A stretch of DNA of 64,000 nucleotides, from assembly GCF_947568905.1 (NCBI RefSeq), contig NC_079168.1, positions 48,360,001-48,424,000 on the forward strand, written 5' to 3'. Shown here piece by piece: positions 1 through 13,293 of this stretch. The translations under genes and the position numbers were made by a program. The notes beneath the pieces were generated by a model. The model did no database searches and was not told where the DNA came from. It saw only the letters and a list, made by a program, of their open reading frames with translations. This DNA is from Ostrea edulis (Eukaryota). Every line of letters starts with the position of its first letter. Position 1 is the stretch's first letter.

Positions 1-43
1 GTCCTATAAAATCACTTTTAACTAGGTCCTGCATTCTAGCTGT

Positions 44-968
44 AAACAAGAGTACCGCAAACGGTACATAATACGCCTGTGAAATGCTTACATAGGGTGT
101 TTTTCTTGTGCTATAATTTGTATAACTTTGCTTCATGTAGTATCGCCATCATGAGGCTGTGACAAACTTTCATATGAACAAAGGGTCTTAGCTTAAAAAT
201 CGAGATTTCCTCAAAATGGACCAAGTTCAACAACCTGCAATTTTTTCAAAAATGGAAGAAAATCAAAATCCTTCCCCAGATGCACATCTTCAATACCCAT
301 ACAAACACTCCACAAAATAAGATGGTCCTCACTTGAAAACTGAGGGAGGAGTTGGGTGGACAAATTATGAACCCTCCATAGAATATTAATTTCCAAATAG
401 ACTAAGTTCAACAACCTGTAATTTCTCAAAAATTGTAGAAAATCAAAATCCATCCCACAAGCACATCTTCAGTACCTATACAAACACTCCACAAAACAAG
501 AAGGTCCTCACTTGAAAACTGGGGGAGGAGTAGGGCAGACAAATTATGTACCCTCCATAGAATGTTAATTTTCAATTAGACCAAGTTCAACAACCTGTAA
601 TTTTCTAAAAAATTGTAGAAAATCAAAATCCATCCCACATGCACATCTTCAATACCCATACAAACACTCCACAAAATAAGAAGGCGCTCACTTGAAAACT
701 GTGGGAGGAGTAGGGCGGACAAATTATGTACCCTCCATATAATAATTATTTCCAAATAAAGGGGCAAAACTCCTGGAAAAAAGGTCGAAATGGATCAAAA
801 TTGCAGTATGACCTAGAGTGACCCACAAAGAAGCTACACAGCAAGTTTCAGCATGATATGTGAAAGGGAAATGAAATTATAAAGAGAAAACCCCGAACGG
901 ACGGACGGATGGATGGACAGACATTGCTGTACCATAATATGTCCTGTCTAAAGACAGGCGTATAAAAA
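44..968 (+). mobile_element. Helentron-type non-autonomous element (HINE) carrying a 180-bp tandem array
   Basis: Begins AAACAAGAG. Subterminal inverted repeat ATACGCCTGT (71-80) / ACAGGCGTAT (954-963); 3' hairpin CCTGTC-taaa-GACAGG; (GGAC/GGAT)n microsatellite at ~897-920; ends in an A run. Confidence 0.75.
219..758 (+). repeat. Tandem array, 3 copies of a ~180-bp unit
   Basis: Unit start GAC(C/T)AAGTTCAACAACC recurs at 219, 400 and 579. Confidence 0.95.
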
Positions 969-1034
969 GATGGTCAACCAGGTATCATTTCATAAGTGCC
1001 AATAGCCGTTTTCAATGTTTTGAATTATTTGATA

Positions 1035-1220
1035 ATGAAAAGGTGAAGATAACGAACAGTGGTTAATCTTTATATAAATCCAATAAAGAATACAAAATAA
1101 GAGCAGGGCAAACATGGACCCCTGGACACACCACTAAGGTACCCAAGAGGAGTAAGCATCCCCCATTGACTAGTCACACCTGTTGCGATTCCTTTAACTT
1201 AATCAGGTAACAGAGTAATC
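1035..1220 (-). mobile_element. Penelope-like element, 3'-end fragment
   Basis: ATGAAAAGGTGAAGATAACGAACAG...GGACCCCTGGACACACC...GGAGTAAGCATCCCC is the reverse complement of the 3' end of the RT-bearing copy at 28418-29182. Confidence 0.8.
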
Positions 1221-1245
1221 GGAATAATAATATTTAAAACAATTA

Positions 1246-1349
1246 TTAACGTTTTCTTGATCAATACAATGCTTTAGGTTTCTGAAAAGTACAATATTCA
1301 CTGAGCCCAGAGGGTAGCTAAAGCATTGTATTGACCAAGAAAATGTCAA
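1246..1349. repeat. Inverted repeat (32-bp arms), probable small non-autonomous DNA element
   Basis: TTAACGTTTTCTTGATCAATACAATGCTTTAG pairs with CTAAAGCATTGTATTGACCAAGAAAATGTCAA. Confidence 0.65.
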
Positions 1350-2361
1350 TCACTATAATATTATAATATACACCAACAGGTGTAATCTGCAACTGGCTGC
1401 ATGTACCAAAAAGAAAAATAATTAATATTTTTTGCATTAGTTCTCAAATTCTAGAGGTGGATAGTAAAACAGAGAATTAACAGGTCATTCCCTCTGAAAT
1501 GTTTGCAGTTTGCAAGAATAACAACATTTCCATTTTTCCAAAATTGATATCTCAATCATGAGGCAGATTTGCTTCGTACAGAGACAGACTGAATAGAAAT
1601 GATTGGAACATTCCTGTTTCAGTTTACAATGTTTTGAGTGACAGATACCAGGTTTTCACAACCTTGATGCATTTGCAACACATTATAATGCTAAATGTGG
1701 TGTACATTTAATTCCGTGTGATTTTACCCTTGAATTAGCGGAGTTGATGTGTCAGAATTTTCATGCTCAAGATTAGACATGTGGTTTGTTCCATCACCAA
1801 TTTTTATTTCTAAATCTATCAAGAAATGTGTTTCAGAAAAGTCAAGGACTCGCATAGTTCTTAAAAGGGCTTCTGCTCCAATTTGGTGTTTTTAAGACAA
1901 ACTTGCCAAGGACATATATGGCAGCTTTGTTTTGCCTTGATATAGCTTAATAGAAAAGAGTAGAAGCAGAAAGGGTGTATTTTGGAACAACCCGCTTCAT
2001 TTTGATATGACAGCATTAAGATTTTATCACTGATTACTTTTTTTTTAAAAGACATTGCAATATGACAATGAGTAAGAGCAGAAGTAGCTCAGGGCCAGAA
2101 GAGTAAGTTTTTGAGTGGACTCACTGATAAAATGTTGGATTATCTGCTTCAAGGAAAGTACTATAATACTATATAACCTTATCACGGAATCTTTAAAAGG
2201 TGGAAGGATTTCATCCTGGGTCAAGGTTTTGAAAGTTACCCACACAACCCATTCATATAGCACTTTATATTACTCAATTGTTGGACACCTGTTCATTATC
2301 GCAACCAATCTTTTTATTCCATAAAGTGATGTACGATATTTGTTATTTTTAAAACCCTAGC

Positions 2362-2785
2362 CAGGGGCGGATCCAGGAATTGTGGTTACGGGGGGTGCTA
2401 CTTTATGAGGCAGGGGGTCTGGGGGACCGCCTTGAGGTGGGGGCCCAGGGCCCCCGGAAGCTCCTGGATTTTACAGATTTTATAGGGCTTGAAATATGTC
2501 TCCTATTTAGTCATTTTTACTATTTTTTATCATTTTTGTAAGGTGAAATTAATAAAATGACGCAAATTTTAAGGGTTTTTGAAAAAAATAAGTTCTTCCA
2601 ATAAAGTAATTCAAGAAATCAAAAGATTTTTTCATTTATTTCTCCGGGAGTGCAAGAAATTATTGCTTCTTCTATCGTTTAGTTAATTTTTCTAAGCAAG
2701 ATACCACGATTTACCTTAAATTTGAAAATTTTAGGGGGGGGGGGGGGGCACGCGCCGGCTGCACCCCCCCTTAAATCCGCCACTG
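2362..2785 (+). mobile_element. hAT-like MITE with 5-bp TSD
   Basis: Ends CAGGGGCGGAT...ATCCGCCACTG; CTAGC duplicated at 2357-2361 and 2786-2790. Confidence 0.8.
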
Positions 2786-3176
2786 CTAGCAATAATTCTT
2801 ACATCAAGTCTTCACAAGAGGCTGCTATACACATTGCAACTGAATATACAATGAAGAATCCAGTTTCAGCTGACTTATTTTGAAATTAGTTTGAGTAATA
2901 TGCTAGTTATACCACTGATTTGTTTAATGTCAGGGCCATGATTCTTCTATTTTGCTGTATTTTTACATGATGAATTAAGCAACTTAAATGTTTTGATATA
3001 AAAGTTTTCAATGAATATTTATGTGTAGGCAAGTAAAACTGACCAATACAGACATGAAAAACAAGATGTTAGTTGTATAGGATTCTACTAGTCTTTTCTA
3101 GTCAAAATGTTCCAAAAATATGTTTCATTAGCTAATATAAATATACATTCATCGGAATTTATATATGGCATTGGCA

Positions 3177-3178
<2 letters not shown>

Positions 3179-3228
<50 letters not shown>
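3179..3228. repeat. (AT)n microsatellite
   Basis: About 25 perfect AT units. Confidence 0.97.
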
Positions 3229-3231
<3 letters not shown>

Positions 3232-3810
3232 CCTCTTAAATGTATGTTAAACAACTATATCCCATTTCCATTCTCAATGACTGTGTAGCATGTGACAGTG
3301 TGGAGAGAATTCCATCGTCATCGAAAGCAAGTATTTTGACTTGCCTAGATGCAAAATCCTGGAGCTTACAATTCGGTTTGTATCCTGCCCACAAGGTCCA
3401 GACAGATGGACGACGCCATACCATAATATGTCACGTCTTTGACAGGCGTATAACAATTCAGAGCATTGTAGAGAAAAGTCCGCAAAACTAATCCAGCACA
3501 AAATCCCATTAACCTTGTACAAATCACTCAACAGTGATGAAATTTCAGCTTCTTCTGTTAACATACAGTAGTTAACCACCTTCCAAATTTCAGGTTCATA
3601 AATCAAGCATTGTGAAAAAAGTCCAGAAAACTAAATTCGGTACAAAGTTCCATATACCCTGTAAAAATCTCTCAACTGTAACAATATTTAAACTTGATCT
3701 GAAAAAATACAGTAATAAACCATACTAAATTTCAGCTTCCTAACTCTAAGCATGATGAAAAAGGGTGCAGAAAACCAAGTGGGACAGACTGACTGACAGA
3801 CAGATGTCCA
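3229..3810 (+). mobile_element. Decayed HINE-type remnants
   Basis: 3'-end signature CCATAATATGTCACGTCTTTGACAGGCGTATAA at ~3420-3453 matches the element at 44-968; GACA/GACT microsatellite at ~3783-3805. Confidence 0.5.
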
Positions 3811-5168
3811 TGTTTGTTTTTACACAGCAAACCTACTAAAGGTACTGGTGTCAGAGTACATTTGGTGTTTATGGGGTTGATTTGTCATTGTGGGGTTAAT
3901 CAGACAAAATGACATATACTATATCTCTGAGTGATGTGGGTATGAAAAAAAAGTAAGTCACTTTTAACCCCACAAGAAAACATCTTTATAGTTGTGTCAA
4001 TGACATTTTGTGTTTACAGAGCAAGTCTACTGAAGTTTTTATGGATATCATTATGTATAGTGTATTGTATATGGGGTTGATTTGGTAACCTTGCAAAACA
4101 AGACTGCACATGGTATCTTATTCAGAGAGACAAAGAGGAGACCTATAGTTCCCTTCTGATTCACTGCATGGTAGGGCACTAGTAACACTGGGGCAATAAG
4201 ATACATAAAGAATTAAATAAAGTAGGAGTATAATTGTATCGGAAAATACAGGAAAGACAAAATGGTTTACTCAATTTTTCGGTAGGAAAATATTAGGAGT
4301 AGGGTATTTAAAATTAGCCCCAGAAGGGAAACAAGTTAAAGATATACAGATTTACTATGTCCTGTTACTTTTGTCAGTTATAACTTCTTTTTTAGTTTTG
4401 AATTTGATTATTTTGCATTGATTTTGTTTTACTGGAGACAAAAGTAAACTTACTGGGGTACTTTCAATTTTTTATCATTAAATGAAGGAATAAAGTGATA
4501 TTTTACTATGTTGTTGATTCACTGAAAAATTCAAGTTCTCTGACCCCATCTTAGCATTAATGTTTAAATTTGATGTTCAAAATGGTTAAGAAGACAAAAA
4601 TTGTCTTTGCTTTGGGAGATCTTTTCAAAAATATGTCATGGATATTCAAATAATGTTTGTGTTTTGCACAATTATCATTCTCAGCACACTAAGCCACAGT
4701 AACATGTCAATATACAATGGCAGGTTCACACATTCTTTTCTATTTACCACACCCACCAGACATCTCGCTCATCAACAGGTTTTGACCTCATCATAAAAAT
4801 AACTATAAGTATAATCAATTAGGATAAGGCTGTTGCATGATATGGTGCATATTATTATGCAGTCAGGCACACATGCTTCTAATTAAACAATTTATATAAG
4901 GAGGTGCAGGTAGGGGTGTAAAGAAAGCTTTCCCCATTGATATAAAGCTTGCCTTAATGAAAGATTCTTTTTAATATGATGCAAACGACCAACAGTACTC
5001 TTTTTAATTAATTTGTGAATTACCACAGTAAATCAGGCAACTGACAGCCCTGGAGTTAACAAAGCAGCATGAGATGAAAAATGACAAGTGTCATTAAAAG
5101 TGGCCTGAATATTCTACAGCCAAAGTGTTCCTCACTAATAATTAACGTTAAAAATTGGTTTTACTTAC

Positions 5169-5227
5169 TGAACACAAGGAACTTCAATTTCCTCATAAAC
5201 TGCTGTCTCATCTTCAGAACTTGTTGA
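5169..5227 (-). CDS. Tentative second coding exon of an uncharacterised membrane protein (STSSEDETAVYEEIEVPCV)
   Basis: T-rich acceptor ...TTTATTTAAAG and donor CA|GTAAGT; phase 0 is open and matches the donor at 5422. No downstream exon identified. Confidence 0.3.
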
Positions 5228-5422
5228 CTTTAAATAAAAAATATTGTATAAAGACCAGAAAAAACACCTTTAATACAAAATTTACTCTCGTTTCAGATAA
5301 ATTTCTGAATTTTTAAACAATGAATATATTTTACCACCCCGGGAGCCTAAAGTAAGAACTCTGTTGAACAATCTATTGCATGCACATTCAAACATCAGCA
5401 CACACAGCTCTTTAATGCTTAC

Positions 5423-5671
5423 ATTTCTAGGGGACATCCTTCTTCTGCTTTTAGCCACAGCATGGTTGGTTGTGAGGAAAGTAGACCTATTGACTTTGGT
5501 AGATCTACAGGTGGAGGAGCCTAATGTCAGGAGGTGACAAATGGCCCAGACTATGGAACAGCACAGTGAACTGGCAATAGCTACAGCAATTGTGGTGGAC
5601 TGTACATCATCATAGAAGAAAATGAAGTCTCGGACTACAACAGTTATGTACTGGTAAAAGTACCCACTCAT
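5423..5671 (-). CDS. Tentative exon of an uncharacterised single-pass membrane protein (MSGYFYQY...TTIAVAIASSLCCSIVWAICHLL...RRRMSPRN)
   Basis: Within the 138-aa ORF 5282-5698. Acceptor TTTTGCAG at 5674, ATG at 5671, hydrophobic stretch of ~22 aa, donor AAT|GTAAGC at 5422. Probable 5'UTR exon at 5798-5955 (donor TAG|GTAAGT). Confidence 0.4.
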
Positions 5672-6740
5672 ACCTGCAAAACAGTTAAGCATCATCAACT
5701 CCCTGTTAATGATTATTGATAAGATTAATGTTTACCACTCTGTGAGTACACTCTAAAATCCAGGTAAAATTAGTTATTACAGTAATAATAAACTTACCTA
5801 TGATGATACTACTAAATCAATACGCATTCTAATCCCTCCACCTCTCTGTGTCTTGCTCATTCAGGTGTTTTACCTACAATCATAACAGACCTCATCTCAC
5901 ATTGCCGTTCTTCAAATTTCCTTCATCTTCATCGCATTCTCAAATATGTGAATACCTACTAATACAGAAAACATATAATCTAGGAGGGTCTAATATACCA
6001 AGATATTTTGATACATCAGCACTTGAATTCTGAATCTCATCTATCAATACTATAGAATAAGTCCTGTCTTACAATGCAACACACCTTTATATATCCATAA
6101 AAGTAAAATCTGTCAACGCAACGTTCTTAATAACCGAATACTAACTAATCCATTACATGACAGTTTCAATTATATGTTACATCATGACTACATAATACTA
6201 CTTTGTAGCATTCAAACACACTTAGTCATTGACTAATCCACATTTCACTGTTGTTTTTGATCATTTAGAAACCAACTGATCTTTATCTATGTTTACATAT
6301 ACTGTTTGGATTACTACATTAAATGCTTTAATCTTTCAAATAACCATTTGTAAAGAAATTAAAAACAGAATTATGTATTATGTAAGATCCTTTTACAGTA
6401 CAATAGAGTGAAAATAACAAACTGGATTTCAAAAACCACAAAAGTTCTCCACAATAGCAGTATTTTAGCATTGTACTAAATATTACAATACTGGGATCTA
6501 AACTTCTATCCCTGTTATTGAAAGTTAAAATCCCTTTAAAGGACTGAAAGTTGATTTAAAAAAAAAAAATTTGTTTTAGATTTTAAGCTTCTAGGCTTTT
6601 TAGCTTCAAGATTAACGTGTGATTTTTAAGCTGTACAGTAGATACCATACAGATAAAAAAGACTATTATCTACTCACTACTACTACCTATTGAAGAGGCA
6701 ATACAGTGCATATCTAATGTCTAAGGTAGCTAATTACATC

Positions 6741-6827
6741 TAGCTGTAGAACTGTATAGCTCTCTGAGAAAATATTGGGACCAGATCTGTACCAATATTT
6801 TCTCAGAGAGCTACAGTTCTGCAGCTA
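6741..6827. mobile_element. 87-bp hairpin MITE with 9-bp TSD (AcademH-like)
   Basis: TAGCTGTAGAACTG...CAGTTCTGCAGCTA; flanks AATTACATC / AATTACACC. Confidence 0.8.
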
Positions 6828-6930
6828 AATTACACCTAAGACTTACACTTTTATGACACCACGTCACAAGATGGTGATTTAAATGTTTTGTGAAATCATT
6901 TGTATCAATCAATTTGCTTGTCTATCATCC

Positions 6931-7000
6931 TAGCCCAGTGGATAAAGTATTGGGTTTAAAAGTGACCCACAGATCTCGAGTTCAAATTCGCCGGAGTCTT
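6931..7000 (+). mobile_element. Decayed tRNA-derived SINE head
   Basis: A-box-like TAGCCCAGTGG and B-box-like GAGTTCAAATTC; no intact cloverleaf. Confidence 0.4.
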
Positions 7001-8928
7001 TTGTTCATATTTAACATGCAATTTCCGAGATATCAGCTCTTTTGTGATGGAGGTACGTTCAGTATTCTGTTGAACGCTTTGGTGGGTACAAGATGTATAC
7101 TTACAGTATAGACTGGCTATGTAAATAGGATAAAAGTTTCAAAAGCATAAATTTTGTTTACATCAGCCGTTGGTTTACATTAAACTGAGCATGTTAAGAA
7201 TAATTTGTTTTAATACTTCTCATTACCATCATATTAGAGTTATCGCGCTTTGATGACTCTTGTGCGTCATTGGTAAGAGAATGCACAAGTCTCGCGAGCA
7301 AGTGCGAGATTACTGGGACATAAACGAAACGTTCATGGACCCCCCCCCCTCCCACTTTTTTTTAAGTTAAAGTACATGGTGTACTTTTAAATAAAATAGC
7401 CATTGGTCAAACTGTATTTTAAAAATATACTAACACTAGTTTATCAAGGATGTTACATGTTTTTTAAAATTCCGCTACACCTATTATAAAAATTCCAAAC
7501 AACGATGGATGTTCTCTGTCCTAAGTCAATCAATATTTTGCAATTTTCAAAATAGTTTAGATGCAGTTTAGAAACGCATTTGTTGTGTTAATTAGTGTTA
7601 TAAACGTCTTTAAAAATGCAGTTTGGCAAGTATCTAACTTACTCTAAAATATTTGAAAATGAGAGAGAGCGAGGGGGGGGGGGGGGGGGGGGGGGGTACA
7701 TTAACAATTACAAAGTCCATGACATATATGAACCTGTCCAAATTGTATAAAATAGAATGTCTTCATAATCTGAAAGAATAATTCTAATAACATATGAATC
7801 CCATTAATTACAAGAAAAGTTATTGTGTCGGATGTGCGTTTTGGTTTTTCCCTTCACAGTTCTTCTTGCGATTGATGCTTTATATCGGTCAGATTTGGCA
7901 GATTAATACCTGCACTCCTTCCCATAGTTTAATAAGTTCGTCTGTTTTCTTGTAAGAATAATCAATTCCTAAATTTGCCTTTAGAATTTTAATCAGTGTT
8001 GTGGTTTGCAGTCGGTTATAATATGTATTCGATAACATAATTTATATTACGTATGCCTAAGTAATGTTTACGTATGTTGTCCCGGTAGCACGACTTTACG
8101 CGCCTTTAATTTGAAGAGTTCCAATAATGGAAATGATAAGTATTAGGCCATTAAATTAAATATGAAATGCACAAGTGATCCTTTTATCAAAGAAAGATGA
8201 TGATTATCGATTTTTGTTTGAGCTATTTTATTATCATATATTCTTAAACTTACTAAATTTGTGTGTCCATGCAATTTGGGTGGTTGCATGATGTTTGGTA
8301 TCCATCCTTTAGGCAATATATGAATGCAGCAACAAGCATTTGTACCCACCGCGTGAATACAAAAACATACTTTGCATCTCACCGTGTGCAAGAGTTCAAC
8401 AAGGGAAATAACTATTGGGTAACTTGGAAATTGCGTACTGGGGCTTTGTATTATTGTCAATTTTTTGACATAAACCTATTAAACTGTGTAACTTAAAAGA
8501 GTTTAATAAAAAGAGCAAATGGCATTGGGAATTGAAAAGTAGATACAACAGACATCAAATCCATCCCCAATAATTCTGTGCCTTACATGTACACATAATG
8601 ACATTACGAATGCTATGAAACATATCATCTCTTAAACATGTGTGCATTTCCCAAAGAGAATTTCATACATTTAAATATTTCCAGGATATTTCTAACAGAA
8701 CAGCCAATAAGTCAAATTTACATTTCTTTTAAAATATTATATGAACAGTTTAATATAGTGATGAAATACTGATCAATTATAACAGATTACTAGAAAATTG
8801 ATATTTAAGGTTAATCTATTGATTTTGATGATAATCAAGGAAAACATAAATCATTAAATACACAAGTCTCAAAAAGTTTTTCTTCACTTGGGTAATTGAA
8901 AGTAACAGAATACAAGTCTCAACATTAA

Positions 8929-9445
8929 AGGGACTGATTCACGATTTTCCCCAAAATTTTGTTTTTCACTTTTGATGATCAGAATCTTATACTGTCTAAT
9001 GTGTTTAAAAGATTTCACACAAAAATTAAGGTTATACATTATCACAAGCTCATTTTAGAGAGTTCATTTTTTGTTTTGTAAACAAAGATTGCGGTATGTT
9101 TTTGTTTACGAAATTTTCAAAAGAAATGGTTATCGATCTAAGTTTATTATATCTTTAACATTTCAAGCATTCTTCAGGTAAAATGTGTCATCTAAAAGTT
9201 AAAATTTGTGACTATGCAAAATTTAGATGCTTTATATTACAAAACTAACATTTCACTGGTGTGTTTATATACATGAAAAGACTCGAGTCTTTGTTTACAT
9301 AACACAGATTTAAGGCTAATATATTGCTTTTATTTTTGCATTCATAAGGTCAAAATGTTGGTGGTCAACATTAAATGAGTTATATTCTTAATGTTGCACA
9401 TAAAAAATAAAAAATATTTTGTTCAAAAATCGTGAACCAGTCCCT
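8929..9445 (+). mobile_element. Kolobok-like MITE (TTAA TSD)
   Basis: TTAA|AGGGACTGATTCACGATTTT ... AAAATCGTGAACCAGTCCCT|TTAA. Confidence 0.8.
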
Positions 9446-10258
9446 TTAATTAAAGATGGCAACAATCCAAAATCTTGCCAGACAAGTAAATGTTGTTCTG
9501 TACATGACCGTCTGGAAGAGCACTGATTGTTGGGGGAGGGGGGGGGGCCTCTAGGGCCAAAAAAGACCCCATTTGGCATTCCCAATCATAAAGACCATCT
9601 TCCCCCATATTAAATTTTTTATTGAAATGATTACAGATTTACTCATTGCCACAATCAGCAAGTTAAAATTTAGACAAAGTAAAAAAAACTGGAGACCAAC
9701 ACCTTGTGATTAAAATTACGGAAGATTCTCACGAGTGGATACCATGTGGTATTCAACAGGGTCTGTATCTAAAGTATAAACTTAAAGAATTAAAACAGAT
9801 CACCAACACATCATGAGAATGCAGTGTGAATTTTATTTGGTTGACCGGTTTTGACCATGGGGTGGTCATCATCAGAACAATTATACACGCAATGAATTTA
9901 CTGAAGTAAAAAATGCAGCTGATGTTGCTATACACAATAAAAAACGTGGAGATGTGTACATTTTGCAGAGTTGCTTAACAACGCAAACACATACGATATT
10001 ATTAGTTTTATTGCTTCTCAAGTTTTTATATAAAAGATATATAGTGCATTTACAAACAAGAACTTCTTATGATATGATGCATTGATAGAATAGTCTGTGA
10101 AATGATACAGTTCTGTGTTGTTGTTTGAAGCAGAATATCACGTTTTTATCTGTGACGTGTTCGGTTGTGACGTATCAATAAAATTTATTTCTTCTGTCGA
10201 ATTCTTAAAATAAGTAAAACTTTGATTGTACAATGAATGGAATTCATTCTGATGAGAT

Positions 10259-10644
10259 CAGGGCTTGAAACTAACTTTTTCTGTCACCAGTCCAAATGGA
10301 CTGATTGGGTTTAATTTCAATCAGAACACAGAAAAATTTACCAGTCCTCCAGGGTTTTCCAGATATAATTAAACATATGTCGTTGATGTTATTCAAATAA
10401 AATAATGGGATTTAACTTGATATACCTCGGACAATATTGCAACACTAATTGGGTACGTCTGATGTCTACAAAGGAATGCCAAAAGCGTGTTTAAGATTAG
10501 CAACAAAATAGATAAGCAAGTTTTCCAAAATAATGTCTTAGAAAATTGACCAGTCCCATCAGACTAACTAAAACAAAATTCAGTCAGTCCGCCAGAGCTT
10601 CAACCAGTCACGGATTGACGGGCATATGTTAATTTCGAGCCTTG
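10259..10644 (+). mobile_element. hAT-like MITE with 5-bp TSD (copy 1)
   Basis: TIR CAGGGCTTGAAACTAAC / GTTAATTTCGAGCCTTG; TSD GAGAT; inverted homolog at 13294-13668. Confidence 0.8.
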
Positions 10645-11619
10645 GAGATGTGAAGACACATAGGTCCCTGCTACTACTCATTCAAGAGAAGGAAGTATCA
10701 CGTATCTCCACCATATTCATATTTTCAGTATGTCTCTTCGATACTCGTACATTCCGTTAAGTGATGATTGTTGTATCACTGTAGTGAAATTTAAGAAATT
10801 TTCCGTACACTTTTCCAGGGGTAGAATTTACATCTAAAGTTTGGGTTGTTCCTTTTTTGTGTTTTGATGTAGGAATTGCAGCTAGTCAGTTGTTTATGGG
10901 CTATATTTTTCTGTTGTTCTTGAGAAGAAGATTTGGCTCAAGTGAGCTAAAAAGTATATGAACAGTCTCCGAGAAAATATCCAGACAAAATGTGTCTATG
11001 GATGGCATGACCAGTGATTTCTCTACATTTTTAACAAGGGTCCTGTGGCTTTCGAATTGGGAATATTTTTTCGACATTTCAGTCAAATTGGGAAAAATCA
11101 ATTTTATCGTAAATAAGTTTTAAAATCATATCAAAAATTATATTATCTTTATTTTACATGTCTAATTTTCTTTAACCTTCTAAAATTTCATCTATTCTAT
11201 CCAAATCACCATTCCCATAACTCTTATGTATATAATTCACATCGAATGTTCAAATACGTTTTCCTTTCATAATTCTATTATTGGGGAAAATGCAAGCTAA
11301 ATTGGGAAAAAATTGGCAATTTTTAGGAGGGGAAAGGGTCGAAATTCAGACTCATAATGGGCCTTAAAAAATCACTGATGATGGATGGACAAAGTGAAAC
11401 CTATATATTCCTCAAACTTTGTTTGCTGGGGTATAAATACATATTGTAGAAAATAAGATTAAACTAAATATTTTTGAATTGGACAAGTGGGTATTAAGTC
11501 AAGCAAGTCAGCTTCTTAACCTGTGGTAGCAACATTATAGACATCTTTACAACAAATAGGCCTTCACTTGACTTATAAACAAAGCAACACTGCTACCAAG
11601 CCATTTCCCAAGCATCATA

Positions 11620-11738
11620 ACCAAGGGAAAATCCCAGACAATTGGAAATCAGCACACATCACACCTTTTCTTAAGAAAGGAGACCAGGATATGACAGCTA
11701 ACTATTGTCCTGTGTCTCTTATATCTGCATGCCGTAAG
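11620..11738 (+). mobile_element. CR1/L2-type LINE ORF2 fragment
   Basis: Translates GKIPDNWKSAHITPFLKKGDQDMTANYCPVSLISACRK, the conserved P..WK.A.V.P..KKGD....NYRP.SL motif preceding the RT. Confidence 0.8.
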
Positions 11739-11740
11739 AC

Positions 11741-13252
11741 TAGTGATGGGAATCAGTGAGAATTTCATAATCGATGATTGGTTTACTGTAACTAGCTAAT
11801 AATTGAATATAATTGGACATTAAAAATTCTATAATGAAGTTAACTACCTGCTGGAAAAGTGTGAAGAAATATTTTGTACATCTATATTTGTTGTTTCTTT
11901 TGTTGAAAATAGTGTATATAAATATTTTCTGTTTGTATTTGTTTTTCTTTAACAGTGTGCGAAATTAACCATGGACCGATAGACAATGTCTATAGAAAAT
12001 CAAATCGGTCTATAATGATCAAAATAGCTATAGACCGACTTGTCTATAGGAATTCTGAGTAAAAAACTGGTTCCCTGCCGCTTATTAAACATATATGAGA
12101 AGCAGGACCAGTTTATAGACATTGCGCTGATGTTTCTGTTCAGCCCTTAGCTGTAATAAAATGTTCCACAATGTAATAATTACAAATCATTCGAATGAGA
12201 TTATTCCATTTTCAACAGGGGTGGGGGTGGGTGGGTGGGTGGGTGTTACTTCAATGTATGCCATTTTGGAGCAAATTCGCAAAGTTCTTTTTCGAACGGT
12301 TAAAATATGTGGAAGGTGTACGCCCTGGAATCAAAAGGAAATTGGTCAGTACAACAAGTTCCAGCAAGGCTAAAGTCACAGAAAATAATGAGAATATGAA
12401 ACGTAGTAGAAGTGACTCAGATGAGGAATCGTACTGAAACTGAGGTGGAACAAAATGAAAAATAAAACGGAATTCTAATTGAAAAGCTTGTGTGTGAAAT
12501 TGAAAAAGAATATAATTAAACTATCATGAATGAATTACCAAAATCAAATTTGTGTCTATTATCTATTTTTTATTAACAAAGAATATTGCATGTTAAATTT
12601 TGGTCTATAGGAATTTGTTGTGGTCTATAGGAAATGAAATGACTATGGACCGAAAGTCTATAGAACTTTAAAGTTAGTTTCGCACACTGCTTTAACTATC
12701 TTAATATCCTTTAATTACATAATATATAACATATCTAAAAGCCAATAGGATTTTTAGAAGAGTCTACATGCCAAAAACATACGTCGTTTGCTTCAATTAT
12801 ATCCCCGTATATCAAAGTTACGTGTCATTAACTTACGATGATTCAGTATAATCAAAATTCAGCAGAGACAAATACGGAGAGAAATTCATTTGATCAACAA
12901 CAAAAAAATAGAAATAACAACAAGTCTATTGTCACCAATTGAAAATATGATATGCAGGTCCAGAGTACATGCAACACTGGCCTTTGAAAGCAGTAAATTC
13001 ACACATGGCTTTGCTCGTATCAAGATTCTCTTTAATGGATGGTCCTTCATTTATATGTCTGAACCAAAGAACATCTATATGATACTGAGCAATAGAAACA
13101 ACGAATATAAATGTAGAAAATATTTATTTACACTTTTTCAGTAGTTAAATGACTTTGTTATAGAATTTCTCTGTGTCCGATTATAATCGATAATTAGTTA
13201 GTTACAGTAAACCAATCATCGATTATGAAATTCTCACCAATTCACATCACTA
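11741..13252 (-). mobile_element. Probable hAT deletion derivative with ~125-bp TIRs
   Basis: TAGTGATG...CATCACTA ends with alignable ~125-bp arms. The minus strand near 12990-13080 reads HIDVLWFRHINEGPSIKENLDTSKAMCEF, resembling the hAT C-terminal dimerisation motif. No clear 8-bp TSD. Confidence 0.55.
11953..12689 (+). mobile_element. Nested hAT-like element with 6-bp TSD
   Basis: 17-bp TIR CAGTGTGCGAAATTAAC / GTTAGTTTCGCACACTG; CTTTAA on both sides. Confidence 0.8.
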
Positions 13253-13293
13253 GTTGTGAACTGTCCACTAACCTGTGCGTTGAAGCATAGAAA

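Noticed and set aside
211-767. Paralogous-looking short ORFs
   Set aside because: Translations of the 180-bp tandem repeat.
7880-8496. Overlapping ORFs at 8143-8460 and 8263-8496 and a short minus-strand frame near 7900-8020
   Set aside because: No recognisable motif or consistent splice model; possibly old TE remnants.
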